DNA of 60,940 nucleotides, counting the filler. It is 3 parts of 3 records of this genome, joined end to end, with 100 filler letters (N's around TTAATTAATTAA, not from the genome) between each part and the next. Parts side by side here need not be neighbours in the genome. Positions count along the whole stretch, not along the records: positions 27,905 to 54,949 come from DRR378314_2092; positions 55,050 to 60,940 come from DRR378314_2098; 1 more part is not named here. The stretch is one strand, 5' to 3'. The notes under the pieces are model-generated. The model saw nothing but the letters and a program-made list of their open reading frames with translations, searched no databases and had not been told where the DNA came from. Shown here in pieces: positions 43,826-56,234 of the stretch (position 1 is its first letter; every line of letters begins with the position of its first letter). The translations under genes were made by a program, and so were the position numbers.

Positions 43826-44704
43826 TCAGCAGGGGGTGTCACTGTGTTTCGACGCGACCCACGAGCTGACGCAGTCCCACCCGACAAAGGAGCGGGTCGC
43901 GCTGGCCAAAGGCTCCAAAGCACAATCATCTGACGGAAGCTCTAGTGCCAAACCTATTGCACGTTCAATATTCATTGAAATCGAAACGAGGGATCCCGGG
44001 TGCCTTTTGAAACGTGACGATAGCGCGTCGTACAGTCTGTAGAGCTCCGAGAGGCTCGCTTCAGACCTTCGGCGGCTTCGTGGAAGCTTCCGCAGTTCTT
44101 CCAGCTGGAGCCGCGCGTGAGACTGCACGGCCGCAAGCGTCCTTCCGGCAAAGTACGACCCCCAAGGACAGTGCACGCGAATTGCAATACGTCCGCAATT
44201 GCCCTCCCAGCTCGCACCGGAGGCGACGGCAGCGAGAGGGGCGGTCGACAGGTCCTCGCCCGAGAGCCGTAAGGATGCGCAGCACCGATCGGAAGCGCTC
44301 ATGCGCGAAGCAGTGTCGGCCGTCGCTGCCAGCCGACTGCGAGCGTCGGCTAGCGCGCGCTCGGCCTTGTCGGCCCTTTCCACTTCGCGATCCAGCGCCC
44401 TTTGTATTACTTCATTTTCTTTTTGGATATCTGCAATCCTTCGTGCCTGGTACTGCAGGGCACGCTGCGCAGCTTCGAGCGTGTCGTCGACAAAGCACCC
44501 GCCGTGCTGGTCATCACCGCACAGAAACGAGGAGCCAACACTGGTGGCGCGCGCTCCAGAGTCAGTATCCGCGTCGCTCTCACCGGCCTCGCCGTCCGAG
44601 CTGGCGTGCGCCCCGTAGATCCATACGGGAGACGAGAATTTTTTTAGAATGTGAGCAGAATCCACGCTGGAGCTACTCTCCGCAAAATGGGAAGGAAAGG
44701 GCAT
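43826..44704 (-). CDS. 3' part of a coiled-coil hypothetical protein (probably spliced; upstream exons to about 47 kb unresolved)
   Basis: 292-codon open frame with heptad-like TLEAAQRALQYQARRIADIQKENEVIQRALDREVERADKAERALADARSRL; 5' bound is only the ORF limit. Confidence 0.5.
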   Translation of the reverse strand: MPFPSHFAESSSSVDSAHILKKFSSPVWIYGAHASSDGEAGESDADTDSGARATSVGSSFLCGDDQHGGCFVDDTLEAAQRALQYQARRIADIQKENEVIQRALDREVERADKAERALADARSRLAATADTASRMSASDRCCASLRLSGEDLSTAPLAAVASGASWEGNCGRIAIRVHCPWGSYFAGRTLAAVQSHARLQLEELRKLPRSRRRSEASLSELYRLYDALSSRFKRHPGSLVSISMNIERAIGLALELPSDDCALEPLASATRSFVGWDCVSSWVASKHSDTPC

Positions 44705-47700
44705 TGTCAGGCTCCTGTCACCTCAGCGCGGCCAGGCGTGTGACCACGGAAGACCACAGAGCTCCTCTTTGTGCGCGCACTGTTGCCGACAGCCAGCGAG
44801 GTACGAGCACAGCTGGCGCAACCACGCTGCAAGAGAAGAAATGGCGTTTGCAAATAAGCCCGTCTCGGATTCTGCGATACGTTTTTTTTTTTCAGAGCGC
44901 GACCAGGTGTTGAGAGGAAACACAAGGAGACGATCTTCGCTGGTCGAAAGACTCGGCAAAAGAACAGCCCACAAGAGAAGGGCGCGAGGTGCACCGGGTG
45001 CAGATCGGGCCTCTCTAGAGGAATGCCTTTGTCAGCCAAGGGTCGGGCCCTGCGCGGTGAGTGGTGGCGTAGAGCAATCTGGCTCTGTTAGGTAGGTTTG
45101 CGGACAAGACAGGTACACGCGTTTGGCGCGTTTGGCGAAGCATGACGGCCGGGGTGTGCTGGCTATCGCCTCACAGGCGTCTGCCTACTGCGCGCATCTT
45201 CACAATGCAGATCGTATCTCTGATCCCTTTTCATTACCCTGACATGGTACTGTGTATATTGTAAGGAGGAAGCTCTGGACTGAGGGGTATTGGTTGTGGA
45301 GCGGGGCGATCACGGTGCGCGAAACGAGAGCGTTTGGGTGTGGAGCGGAGATCAGGAGCGGTTGGTGGGGGTCAGGCAGCCACCAAGGGCCGACAACATG
45401 CTAGACCTTCGCGTGCGAGCAGAGCAGGCTGTCCGCGTCGAGATACCATCGAGGCAAACAGGCGTCTCTACCCATATCGTTTCCTTACACTTCGCTTGTA
45501 TGGGCTGCACATAGGAGAGAAGGAGAGCATATCCCAGTTCCAGCTGTCCGGGCGCCGACCAAAGCGTGACAGCATCCGCGGGACTAGACGGTACTTCAAC
45601 TAGTCTCGCGCGGAATGTCGTACGTACAACACTGCGTGGCACGGCGGCGCGGGTGGGTTGGGAAACTGCGAGCCCCAGCCCTACCGTAGTCCCGTGTACG
45701 CTGTCACAGCCATGCCGCCGCCGCCGCCGCGCGGATAAGGTCAGTATCCGCCTGCGCACATCAGACAAAGCGCATCCGCTCTGCGCCGGCGGAGGAGCTG
45801 TACACGCGGCCTGCGACAATCCTCTTTTGGCGCAGAGACGGAAAGCGCTGAGCGCCCTTCGTGTGCCCCTTTCGTGACCGGGCGTCAGCTAACAGTGGTG
45901 ATCGTTCGTTATTAATCGAACAATATTTTGATTTTTATAGGTCGGGTTCGCGTGTATTGTGGCGTCATTTGTTCGCTTCTTGCAGGCAGCGCAGGCTTGA
46001 GGGACGAGCTCCACGTCCGAGTTCGCTTGCTGTAGGAGCTGCGGAGAGGTATCGGCTTGCCTGCACTGCAGTGCTTGTGTCGTCGCGCCTGCCAAGGGGA
46101 GGCCACACGAGAGCGGATGCGCTCCCCGCAGCCGCCGTGGCTGGATGATGAAGCCGGTAGGCCGTCACTTCTCAGTGCCAATATTGCTTCTTATGATATT
46201 CGGCCTGTAAATTCCTGTAACCATTCCCTGGCGCGCCAAGGAAGATCGAAACGGTCGCACGCCAGCGCGTTCCTGGACGCTCCTCGCTCCAGTGCGGTGC
46301 TGTCGTCAGACGTGGCGGTTGCGTCAGCTCGCCGCCGCGAACGAACTCCCCTGCGGTATGGCGAGCAACTGTGGCGCCGGCGCCATGCGAAGCGTACCCG
46401 CACGCTGCAGCAATACTCTACAGCGGATCGGGGTAGCGGAGACACAGGCGAAGCGGAAAGGGCTGCGCGCGCGCCTGCTGAGCTATCGCCGCTTCGACTT
46501 GTGCCGCTCGTTGCCGTGGATGCAGGCGAAGCTGCGCTGGACCGGCAAGAGCTTGCGCGCTCCGCCGCTGCCCAGAGCTCCGACGCCAGCCATTTGCCTC
46601 CTCCGCCGCCGCCGCGCCTCAGCTCGGCAGATCGGACTTCCAGACATTCTCCAACGCCATTCACCGAGGTGAAATCGCGATCACCGGAAACCGATACACC
46701 ACGACTCCCGTTTTCTGCGCTTGCGCTATCGTGAGCTGCGATAGCGCGCCTGCGCGCGCTCGTTGCTCGGAAACTGCTGTGGTTGCTGTTCCTCTTGCCC
46801 GAGCACGCAAGTGCTTTCGAGGACGCCCGGAACGAGTGTGCGCCCTACGTACCGTAGATCCGTGAGGAGGCACCGTGTTGTGCGCTGTTGGTGCTGCATG
46901 TCAATTTCATTGTTTTCTACTTTACTGGGTGTTCTGAGTTTATTCTCACCCGTGTACGGTGTTGCATTGCCAAGGGGACGGGCCGGCCTGAAGAAGAGCT
47001 GTCGGAGCTCGGCCGGCATGTCGCGTTGTGCGCGCGTGGGCTGCTGCGACGCTCCGCAAGCTTCTCGTGCGCGCACTCTTTCTCTGCACGTCCTCTCTTT
47101 ACCGCAATAAATGATAGCGCCTGTCTGTCGAAGCTCTGTGGCTCCCCTTGTGCGAGCGCTGCACTTCCGGGCCGCGCAAAGGAAGGCTCGCTTCGCTTGG
47201 CGTGCTCATACTGGATGTGCAGCGCTGCCTCGGACGCTCGCGTCCTCCTCATCTGGAATCGCATTGCACACAGATATACGCCCTTGTGACGCCGTAGGCA
47301 CACCGAACTGGCTATTATGCAGTCAAACTCAGATGAAATGCACATGTTTAGAGCGACAAAACAGGCATAGCGCTTGGACATTTACTTTGTGCGCGACCGG
47401 TCGCGTAGAACACGCGCTTGCGCGAATAGTAGAGTAGTTCCGGTCAGTTTTACCGGAAACTCGGCGGGGTCGCAATATCGCTCGACAACATGAGACATAG
47501 ATATAAGGATAATAAATCGTTGCGGATAGCTCAAGGGCCGCTGCTAATCAGATCATTCCAGCCGTTGGCACAACGCGCAGAACACGAGTTCTTCACAAAT
47601 GCCACTGGGTTTCCTCAGAGTTCGCACGAAAAAGGCATCTCCCAACTTCCATTCCATAACAACAACAACGAAATAACGTCTGTGAAAGGTGAGGATTCTA

Positions 47701-49139
47701 CAGAATTGGCTCCTCATTTCTTCGTCATTTCTTTCTTCCGCGGAGTTGCATGACGCTTCTGCGAGATACGCGGCATGCGGACGTTGCAAGGTGCACTTCG
47801 TCTCCAGGCAGCAACGAGCTGCTCTTTGGACAACTATGCAGCGACGCACATGCAACGGGGAAATCCCGATCGAGCCCTGAACAAACGGGTCCCAGTGATG
47901 ATACTGTACATACTTACGCCAGGCATACAAGCACAATGGCTAAAACAATAGAGAAAATATGCGCAATGGAATCGCATGTTTTGTGCCACCGTAATCATGC
48001 GCGTGTCGCTCGCAGCGCTGATTTGGACGGTCAACACGTTTTCGGGTGCAATCATACACCATCGCTCCTGCGACACAACGAAGGCAGGGGTTGTCTGCAA
48101 AAGCAACCACGCTAGTCTTCGCTTGATGTGTTTGGTCGCGCAGACGCTGGACTCGCCACGGAGGGTGCATTTGCAGTTCGCATCAACGTAGCGACTTGCA
48201 GCGGTTTGCGACGTGCGTCGTTTTCCAGCGAGCTGAGAGTCGCCGTTTCAACCACTGAGCAGCTTCCGCGCCGCGCTCGATCGACAAGCTCCTCCAGGTT
48301 CTGAGCAACGAAGCACAACCACCCGCAAAAAAATCCATCCACGCGTCAGACTTACAAGGACTTGGCGAAAGGGGAGAGACTAGATAAATAAAAAAACAGA
48401 ACGGCGCGCATCCTAGCGAGCACCATGCGCAGCAATGAGCGCCCGCCAAGTGGCCGCGCGTCTCCGTCGCCGGCTGCATAGTTCTTCCCGATCAACATGG
48501 ACAGGCAAGGTGGAAGGCAAGACATGCGTTGCACACGCATTTGCGAATTCCCCAGTACTCTTGGTGCGTTTGCACGTATTATCCATCCGGTATCACAAAC
48601 GTATAACCGAAATCCTGACAAACTGGTGCTCATTGAGCAATTTTGCAGCAGGCTTCCCACGATGCAATGCACGACGTAAAACCACGTGGACCGATCATCC
48701 AGTGACTGGAGAATCGATGGAAGACATCCGACACCACTGTAAAGTCAGATACGTTCACCATGCAATCTGATACAAGGGAAAACATATTGCACTTTGTTTG
48801 GCAAAACAACTCTGCAGGAGTTGCAGGAAAGCAAACAGAGCGCAGAGAAAAGCAGTATTTCCAGAACAGCGGCGCGGCTAAGCGCGCGCCGCTGTCCTCC
48901 TTGAACCATGGCGGCAGGTGCTCACGCCTGGTGAAGGCGACAAGCGGCGTTGCGGCGCAGGTCTTTGTCGGAAGAAAACCACGAGTTGCACCACGGGACC
49001 AATTTGCAACAACACCCAAGTACGATGCGACTACAAAATGCTATCGCGAGGGTACGCGCGAGCTAAAATGTGCAAAAGAGAGAGATCATCCGTAACAGTG
49101 GCAGCGCGGGACCCCCTCACCAGATCGTAAAGAACGCAC

Positions 49140-52100
49140 CCCTGCTTTTATGACGGAACGAGGGACCCCCATTTTTTCAAGCAGTTCTTCGAGCTGACGG
49201 ATGTACTTCAAGGCAGCGCTCAGAATCGTGTTCTGCAACATAAATGGAGTAGGCAGCGGGAAAATAATCGGCGTTCGGTGGTAAGGACCGGATCCAGCGT
49301 GCTTCTCGCCACACGACAAGCTGACAACTTTTCCACACACCAAAGGAACAGCATTGGCAAAGGTTGCAGACGAGACCAACCGCAAGATCGTGGCCTGTCA
49401 GGCGCCGCCACGGGCGATCAGGCAACACGATAAGAGTACACCAGAGATAAGGACGCACACCGCCTCCCCACCAATTGGTGACAGGCAACCACCCGAGATC
49501 TACAGAAGTCGATGCGCTGAAAGCTTGAGTAGAAGAGCACGCAGGCGTGCGCAAGTAAAACCGCGCTTCATGTGCTTGCTTCATTCATCTGACAGGCATA
49601 TTGTGGAAAGCGCGCGCAATACCGCGAAAGAGAAACACACACAGTATCGCATTTGTGCCATGACTATATATTCAACCCCACCATCGACAAATGTCACAGG
49701 AGCAAATCCGTTGGAACAGTTGGGGAAAAGTGAAATGGCGAGGACGAGGCACCACGCCCGTTGCAAGCATTCTAGTCTGCCGGCGCGAGCTCAGCGCAGT
49801 CAAAAGCATATAAAATAATTTTCACGTAAATAGGGTTACATACTTTAACTCTCGGAGCGGCCGGCTCGGAATCGCGGGAGATATTTTGGACCAAACACAC
49901 TGGGCAGCCAGCATGCCTCGGCGCAGGCCATCACACCACAAATCTGGCCTTGCAAGAGTTCCGGCAGTGCGCGCACGAAATATGACTCATGTGATACCAT
50001 GAGACGAGAGAGAAAAAATGCAGGGGCACTCAATGCGCTTTTGGGGGGATGGAATGGCAGAGAAACTGCGGTGGCATACCTGGTCTTCGCGCTCTAGGAT
50101 TTCGCCCGGAAGCTGGTCGCGAATGTCGTTGACTATGCGCTTCATCTCCGACCGCCTTCGCTTCTCGTTGCTTCGGTGCTGCGTAAGTTGCACAGAGCTT
50201 CGCTTGCGTCTTTTTTTTTTTGACCACAAGCCAGGGCAAATGGACACATACCGCGCGAAAATAAACGAAGATAACCGCGGACGAAATCGAGCGCAAAGTC
50301 AGGCCGTTCGAATCTTCCGCCGCGGGCACGAGCTTCATAGCTCGCCGCGGGAAGGGCACTGCACAGTAGAGGTGGTAAAGAGGACAGGAAACTGCCACAA
50401 ACGAAACAAAAAGGGGCACTACGATACGCGGGGAGAGTGGGGCGCGGCGAGTCACGGGCCGGCGCCGCACCGCACAGCGTGCCGCTACAAGGTGTGGCGG
50501 CTGTCCTTCGCGACCCGGCAGACGCCCGTCTGCTGCGCGCCGTCGCACCACAGTGGAGCAAAGGAGACTCGTTCAGGTCAAGCGCGCCCGGCGACCCCAA
50601 ACGAGGCTTTCAAACAGCACCAAGGTCCAGCAGGAATGTGCCGCCGGCCGCACTATTTCCGACGTGAAAATCGATGACGCGTAAGCTGCAGCTTTTTCTA
50701 CCTTGCCACGTCCCTGCCTGCGTCCGCTATGCTTTGCTGCTGCGCGTGCCGCAGCGCGCATAAAGAGGGTGCCGCCAAAACTCTGGCAGAGGCAAGAAAA
50801 GGCGGGCGGCTTCACAGCTCCGCCACCCGCGGCGGCGGCTCCTCGCGCCTGCAACTGCGGACTTCTGCCACAAACGCGGGCGGCCCTTTCTCGCAAGGCA
50901 CGCGAGCCTCCAAATCTCCACCACTACGCTGTCCAGCCAAAATATCCAAGATAAGCCGGTATTGGTGATGATAGCCGCATCATGGCAAGCATGCGCGCGA
51001 AGTACAAGCGAAGCGCTTCCCATTCCGCGTTGCTCCACGCGCACAAAACCGCCCGTTATCTTAGTTCCCCACCGAAGAAAGAGCAGCGAATGTCTGCAGC
51101 AGCGACAGCTGGCAAGCTATGGCGAGGGCCGCTGCCCACCACCGTACGCACAACGACGACGCTTCGCGCGTACGTCTCCTCCCAACGAAACGCCAACTTG
51201 CAAACGACGGTCCCTACACAAACCAAAACCTAGCACAAAAAATAAAATCACATGAACTCGAATGCACCTCTACATGCCTCGCAGCCCCGGTTTTTGGCGG
51301 TAGTCGCTCGTGAACGCCAGGCACGCAGAGACAGTGCAAGCAGGCGCGATCAGAAACGACGCAAGCGCGCGCGGAGCAGGCGAGACCAGGCGCCCAGGAT
51401 GTCGTTCGCAGGTGCATCAGCCAAACGCGCCCACGTCCACGCGCTCAGCAGTAGGCAATGCGCTAGGGAATCGCGATATGCATGCGCAATACTCAAACGA
51501 AGGGAAAAGATAGAAAGATTTCACACATGAACACGGCGCTATTTGTAGTTTGGTACGCGCTACGAAAAAAACAACAACACGCGGCGTTGCTTGGGTACTA
51601 CGTGTCTGGCCGCAGCGGCGCTCGCTTCTTGCGCTATGCGGCCGGAGGCGAGGACAGAGCTGCACACGCCACAATTGGGGTTTATACCCATTCGTGGCAG
51701 CAGCACACCAGCGAGCGCGCACACTCTCCGATTATGCACTGTTGCTTGTTCACCTACTCCGACAATACAAGGAGAAAATAAGCGCCCCTCAGACGGTGGG
51801 CAAGCGTTCGATCCGCGTGGAGCGGTTTGTCATGCCCGCGTCATCGCGCACTCTGAGGCGCGAAGCATACCTTCGTGGCGCTTCCCCGCTGGAGGAACTC
51901 GGGCCGGCCCCTGACGGGCTCTGCGCTGTCATCGAGCCGCGCCTGCTGCCGGCATTGTCCGCGGGAGCGGACTCGGGGGCAAACACGCTTTCCGCCGAGT
52001 GGAATGCTCGCGGTGGAACCGCACTGGCGGGCATGGCCGCCCGTTCCACAGCGCCTGATTGCACTCCATCTCGCATTATTGCAGACGGTGCTGTACCAGG

Positions 52101-52685
52101 AGGCTGCGCAAAATGTTTTTGCGGCAGCAGCTGTTGTGGCGGCTGCGGCCCGTGGGTGGCACCGTCCCCTTGGCTGAGGTAGGTTCCTATCGGTGCAAGG
52201 AAAGGCAGCTGGCCCATGGCGACGCCATTTGGTGCCAGGGAACCGTCGACTCCCCCAGAGCGTGGTTCCGGACGCGCAACTCCCGGCGGCGGCGAGCGAA
52301 CGCTTCCCAAAAACAGCGGACTTCCGCGCGAATCGATTGGAATAGCGTGCGCAAATCGAGACGCTGCATTTTCTTGTGCAAGTCGCGAAAGACCGGCTGG
52401 GCCACTCTGCGCCGAATTCGAAAGCAATGGAAACAGAGGCGACGGAGTGGCAGCAGCTCGCGGGAGAGCGGAGTCGGAAGGGCCGAGCGGCGACGCACTC
52501 GGCGGCTGCAGCTGCTGCCACGTCGGCGGAGCAAAGGCAGCTCCCGAGCCCGCACCATTGCTTATGGGAGGCAGCAGAAGCTCTCTCTGGGTTGGAGACG
52601 CTCGGTCGGAGGCGTCCAGGCCAGCATACTCGAGGCGCGTGCCAACGTACTGGCCGCGCTCTCCTGGATGTCCGCCGCTTCCCAT
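49140..52685 (-). CDS. bHLH transcription factor, spliced (further 3' exons likely down to about 48112)
   Basis: Exon 52685-51871 (Pro/Ser/Gly-rich), 50209-50080 (HRSNEKRRRSEMKRIVNDIRDQLP), 49232-49140 (NTILSAALKYIRQLEELL); phases consistent. Confidence 0.82.
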
Positions 52686-54949
52686 GCGTGCGAAATTTTC
52701 ACACAATGCAAACTGTTACTCAGCAGATAAGCGTACGAGCCAGTTGAGGAACACTGCGAGCGAAGAATCGCAGCCGAGACGGCACGAGGTCGGTTGCGCC
52801 AGATTGCACGCGCGCGCCGCTACGCTGGGAGTGCTCTGTTGCGCGCCTTGGCCCCCACGTGCTGCGGAGGTTCGCCAAGGTGGTCAGCGGGCACGCGGAC
52901 GGGCACACCGCTTCCAACGCAACGCGGCGACTTTGCGGTCGAAACCACAATGCAACGACAGGCAGAGCGCTCAAGAAGGACCTAGGTTACAAAAAAAACA
53001 AAAGAAAACCTTGTACACCGTCGTCTGCAACTCGCCACTCTGCAGGAAAGCGAGAAATCTTCGCGCGGGTGTGGAAGCAGTTGGACACAGCGGCAAGGCC
53101 GTTCTGAGCAGCACGAGCGACCTGCTGCGGAAATGCTTCTGCACCTGAGCGCAACCACGGTGCGCCGCAAGCAATGCGACTGCACCGCGCGCGCGGAAGG
53201 TTCGTGTGATCCCCTTTCGGAAACATGGCCCCATTGTGCATGCATCTGTGCCAAATGGATAACGTTGCCGCACATGCGCCACAATTTGAATTTAAATTAC
53301 CTAACCCTATGTATGAGCTTTGTAATGGTTTGTGATTTGACTGCATTCTTTCCAGGATTCCGTAAGCCTATAACCTAAACAATAATTTAAAGCTGCCCCG
53401 GAGAAGGGAAACGCTCGCCACCCTTGGGAGCGAGGTGGCGTGGAACAGAAGCCGCGTGTCTCACGTTTGCACTGGCGCAAATGAGCGCTTTCTTTGCCTT
53501 GCGACGAGCCACAAGCATTTTTTGCCGAGAGTCAAATGGATGCTGCGTCTATGAGCAAATATGAGAGCGAAATTTGGGGATTTGACGATACGCACATGAA
53601 AATGCGGGAAGATTTCCTGCTGGTCCTCGAGCGCTTGAGCGTCCCACCTGTGCTCGCGTGTAAGCGCGCTGGAGCCGTTTGAATTGCGCCGTCGCCTGCA
53701 AGCTTGCACGAAATGACGGCATAGGACGACGCCGAACGTACGAAGTGCGCAGTCTGTGCAACGGACACTGCCGTTCAAACCAAATCAGAGACGCCTCCCA
53801 ACTTCTATGCGGGCTCTGACAAAGACTGTGCATGCTGCGCAACGCGCAGCGGCTTACCTTCAAAAATGAAAGGAAAGAGAAGAGAGAGCGCGTTCCACTG
53901 GCGCATTATCACCCTGACGCAAAGTGGCCAGGGGCATCAGCCCGCACAGCATTGCTGGGCGCAAAGCGCGCGGCCCTGCGCGCGCTCACTCGCAGGTCTC
54001 TTCGCTGGATGAGGCGGCGCGGCGCCCCTGGCCGCGCGCACGTGCGCAGCCGCGAGGAGCAGGTGCCAGCCCATCTTTGGAGCCTTTCTTCCCTCACGCC
54101 GCGCCCACGTGGTTAGTTTCTACTGTTTCGCGGCGTGTGCGTTTCTAACGGACACTCTACACTCGGTGTGTCCATCCGCGTATCTCTGGAAGAAACCATT
54201 CACAGCAGTGAGTACAAGAGCCTCGGCGATTGTATCGAAGACACGGCTGGGCTCGGAGAAACAGCCTCGCGTTCTTGGATAGCGCGCTTTACAGTTGGCA
54301 GTGAGGCCGTGTGCCCGGCGGCCGCGTGGGCACCCACTGCCTCGCGCACAGGTCTGGAGCGCCCACCCGCACTCGCGTTCCCCAGGGCTCCGGGCTGGCA
54401 CTATCCCTGGTCCGAATTGAGAGCATCGCGCCGCCCCTCCTCTTCACGTGCGACAACGCTGCCCGCCAATCGCTTGCACACTGCAGCGACGGTGTGAGTC
54501 GAACCGAGTAAAACAAATGCTTGCTACACCGAGCAAAATTGTGCTTTCGTGCAGATGACGGCGCGAAAGCGAAACATGGGTCTCTCGCATTCCGTCGTTG
54601 CTGTGGTTCGACGTGGCACGCCCCGCGCCGTTGAGAGCGCGCGCGCGGACATGCGAGGCGCACGCAAACGCAGCTCGGGAACCGACACGTGTCTTGATTG
54701 GCAGTGCGGCGGTGCTCCAAACCCGCGAGCGGGGAAAGGGAGACTGTGTAGCTCTCCGACCAACTCTAGAGCATAGTTTTCCTCCACCCTTTCCTCAACC
54801 GAAGAGGCGCGAGGCGCGAACCGCTTGTTGCGGATAATGATCAAACACGCCATGTATGAGCTGTGTATGCAATATACTACAGTATTCTTTGATCATTCTA
54901 CGTCCCCTCCCGCTGCCCTTAGTGCACGATATATCTAAAAATCACATAT

Positions 54950-55049
54950 NNNNNNNNNNNNNNNNNNNNNNNNNNNNNNNNNNNNNNNNNNNNTTAATTA
55001 ATTAANNNNNNNNNNNNNNNNNNNNNNNNNNNNNNNNNNNNNNNNNNNN
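54950..55049. other. Artificial contig linker
   Basis: N-run with TTAATTAATTAA (54994-55005). Confidence 0.98.
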
Positions 55050-55568
55050 CATCGACCGCATCATATGCAGCATCACCACATTATGGCTGGCCTCGATGAT
55101 CGCCATGTGAAACTGCGCATCCAGCTGCGCCTCTTCATCGGGAACGCGTTTCTCATGCGCTGCTTCCATTTTTTGAAACACCGCGTTCACAACCGCCAAA
55201 TCCGTGTCCGAGCCAAGGCGCGCGGCGCGCTCTGCCGCCAATGCTTCCATGTCGCGCCTGAAAGAGAGGTAATCGAAAACGGCTTCATCATGCCGGCCAA
55301 AAAGAGCAACCAGCGCCGGAGAAAAGGCGCTTCCCAAAACATCCGCAACATAGACGCCAGCACCGGGTTTCGCGCTTAGCAGCCCCACGGTCCGCAACTC
55401 TGAAATCGCATCGCGCAGAGAAGGGCGGGAGACCTTCAACCGTTCTGCCAGCTCCCTTTCGGGCGGCAGACGTTCACCGGCACGCAAGATGCCGCGCAGG
55501 ATCAGCAGTTCGATCTGGCGAACAACAGCGGTGGACAGTTTTTCTGAGGCGACGGGTTGAAACGGCAT
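55050..55568 (-). CDS. FadR/GntR family regulator (PdhR/GlcC-like), truncated by contig end
   Basis: GERLPPERELAERLKVSRPSLRDA wHTH; FCD domain DAQFHMAIIEASHN. Confidence 0.92.
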
Positions 55569-55581
55569 GCGACCTTCCTTG

Positions 55582-55603
55582 AATTGGTTCGATCATATTA
55601 CCG
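55582..55603. promoter_or_regulatory. Possible FadR-family autoregulatory operator
   Basis: AATTGGT...ACC inverted element (GGT-N11-ACC) just upstream of the regulator. Confidence 0.35.
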
Positions 55604-55671
55604 CTGGTCCGGCGGAGCAATGACCGCGCTGCGACAGAACGGGTTTCCCGGCGGCTTTCGCCACGGTCGTG

Positions 55672-55687
55672 TTAAGAGTTGATTAAC
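55672..55687 (+). promoter_or_regulatory. CtrA-binding site
   Basis: TTAA-GAGTTGA-TTAAC matches TTAA-N7-TTAAC exactly, in GC-rich alphaproteobacterial DNA. Confidence 0.7.
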
Positions 55688-55709
55688 CACTGCAGCCCAA
55701 GATCACGAG

Positions 55710-56114
55710 ATGTTTCGCGTCCTTTTACCATCGCTGGCCCTGCTGTCGGCCAGTTGCAATCTACCCAGTGTTGAATATCGCGGGATCACCCCCACGCGTG
55801 TTACCGTTCAGGGTTCTGTTTTCGATGTGCGCCAGCGCGGCAATCGGGCAGAGGCGATCCGCATTAATCCTCAATACGCCCCGCGATTAGGCCCGATCCG
55901 TGATCGGGCTGGGTTGGCAATGGCGCTGGTCAGCGGTTGTCGGGCGGTCAGCGTGACCGGCGATCAGGCGCAGGCTTTTGGCCGGTTGGACTGTGGATCT
56001 GGTGCCGCGCCAATCCTCTCCAATCCACAGTCTTATGATTGTGTGCCGCTCCGCGGATCAAGTATCCCCGAGATTGGCCAAATCCGGGTCGATCTGGACT
56101 GCGATCCGGCCTAA
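55710..56114 (+). CDS. Hypothetical lipoprotein
   Basis: LSASC lipobox; RAEAIRINPQYAPR, VSGC..GDQA..LDC; four further Cys. Confidence 0.8.
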   Translation: MFRVLLPSLALLSASCNLPSVEYRGITPTRVTVQGSVFDVRQRGNRAEAIRINPQYAPRLGPIRDRAGLAMALVSGCRAVSVTGDQAQAFGRLDCGSGAAPILSNPQSYDCVPLRGSSIPEIGQIRVDLDCDPA

Positions 56115-56116
56115 CC

Positions 56117-56163
56117 CCGCCATATCTTGTGGATAACTCGGCTCATTCGGGCATCCCTTGTGG
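56117..56163. promoter_or_regulatory. Tandem NrdR-box-like sites with overlapping DnaA box
   Basis: CCGCCATATCTTGTGG and CGGGCATCCCTTGTGG 31 bp apart; TGTGGATAA at 56128-56136; TTGACA at 56171. Confidence 0.5.
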
Positions 56164-56234
56164 GGATCGCTTGACAGCTGCCCCTGCCAAAACGCATTTT
56201 ACAGAACGCAGGAATCATCGGGAACCCGGCACAG

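Noticed and set aside
53549..54116. J-domain gene (HPD in LAHYHPDAK; FKRLQRAY helix)
   Set aside because: The two motifs lie on opposite strands and cannot be spliced together; likely coincidence.
27906..54853. Hundreds of overlapping 60-300 aa ORFs suggesting dense or phage-like coding
   Set aside because: Expected from GC-rich, stop-poor intronic and antisense sequence; real coding is in short spliced exons.
27805..55049. Eukaryotic island horizontally inserted in a bacterial chromosome
   Set aside because: Both boundaries are synthetic linkers and the two bacterial flanks belong to different phyla.
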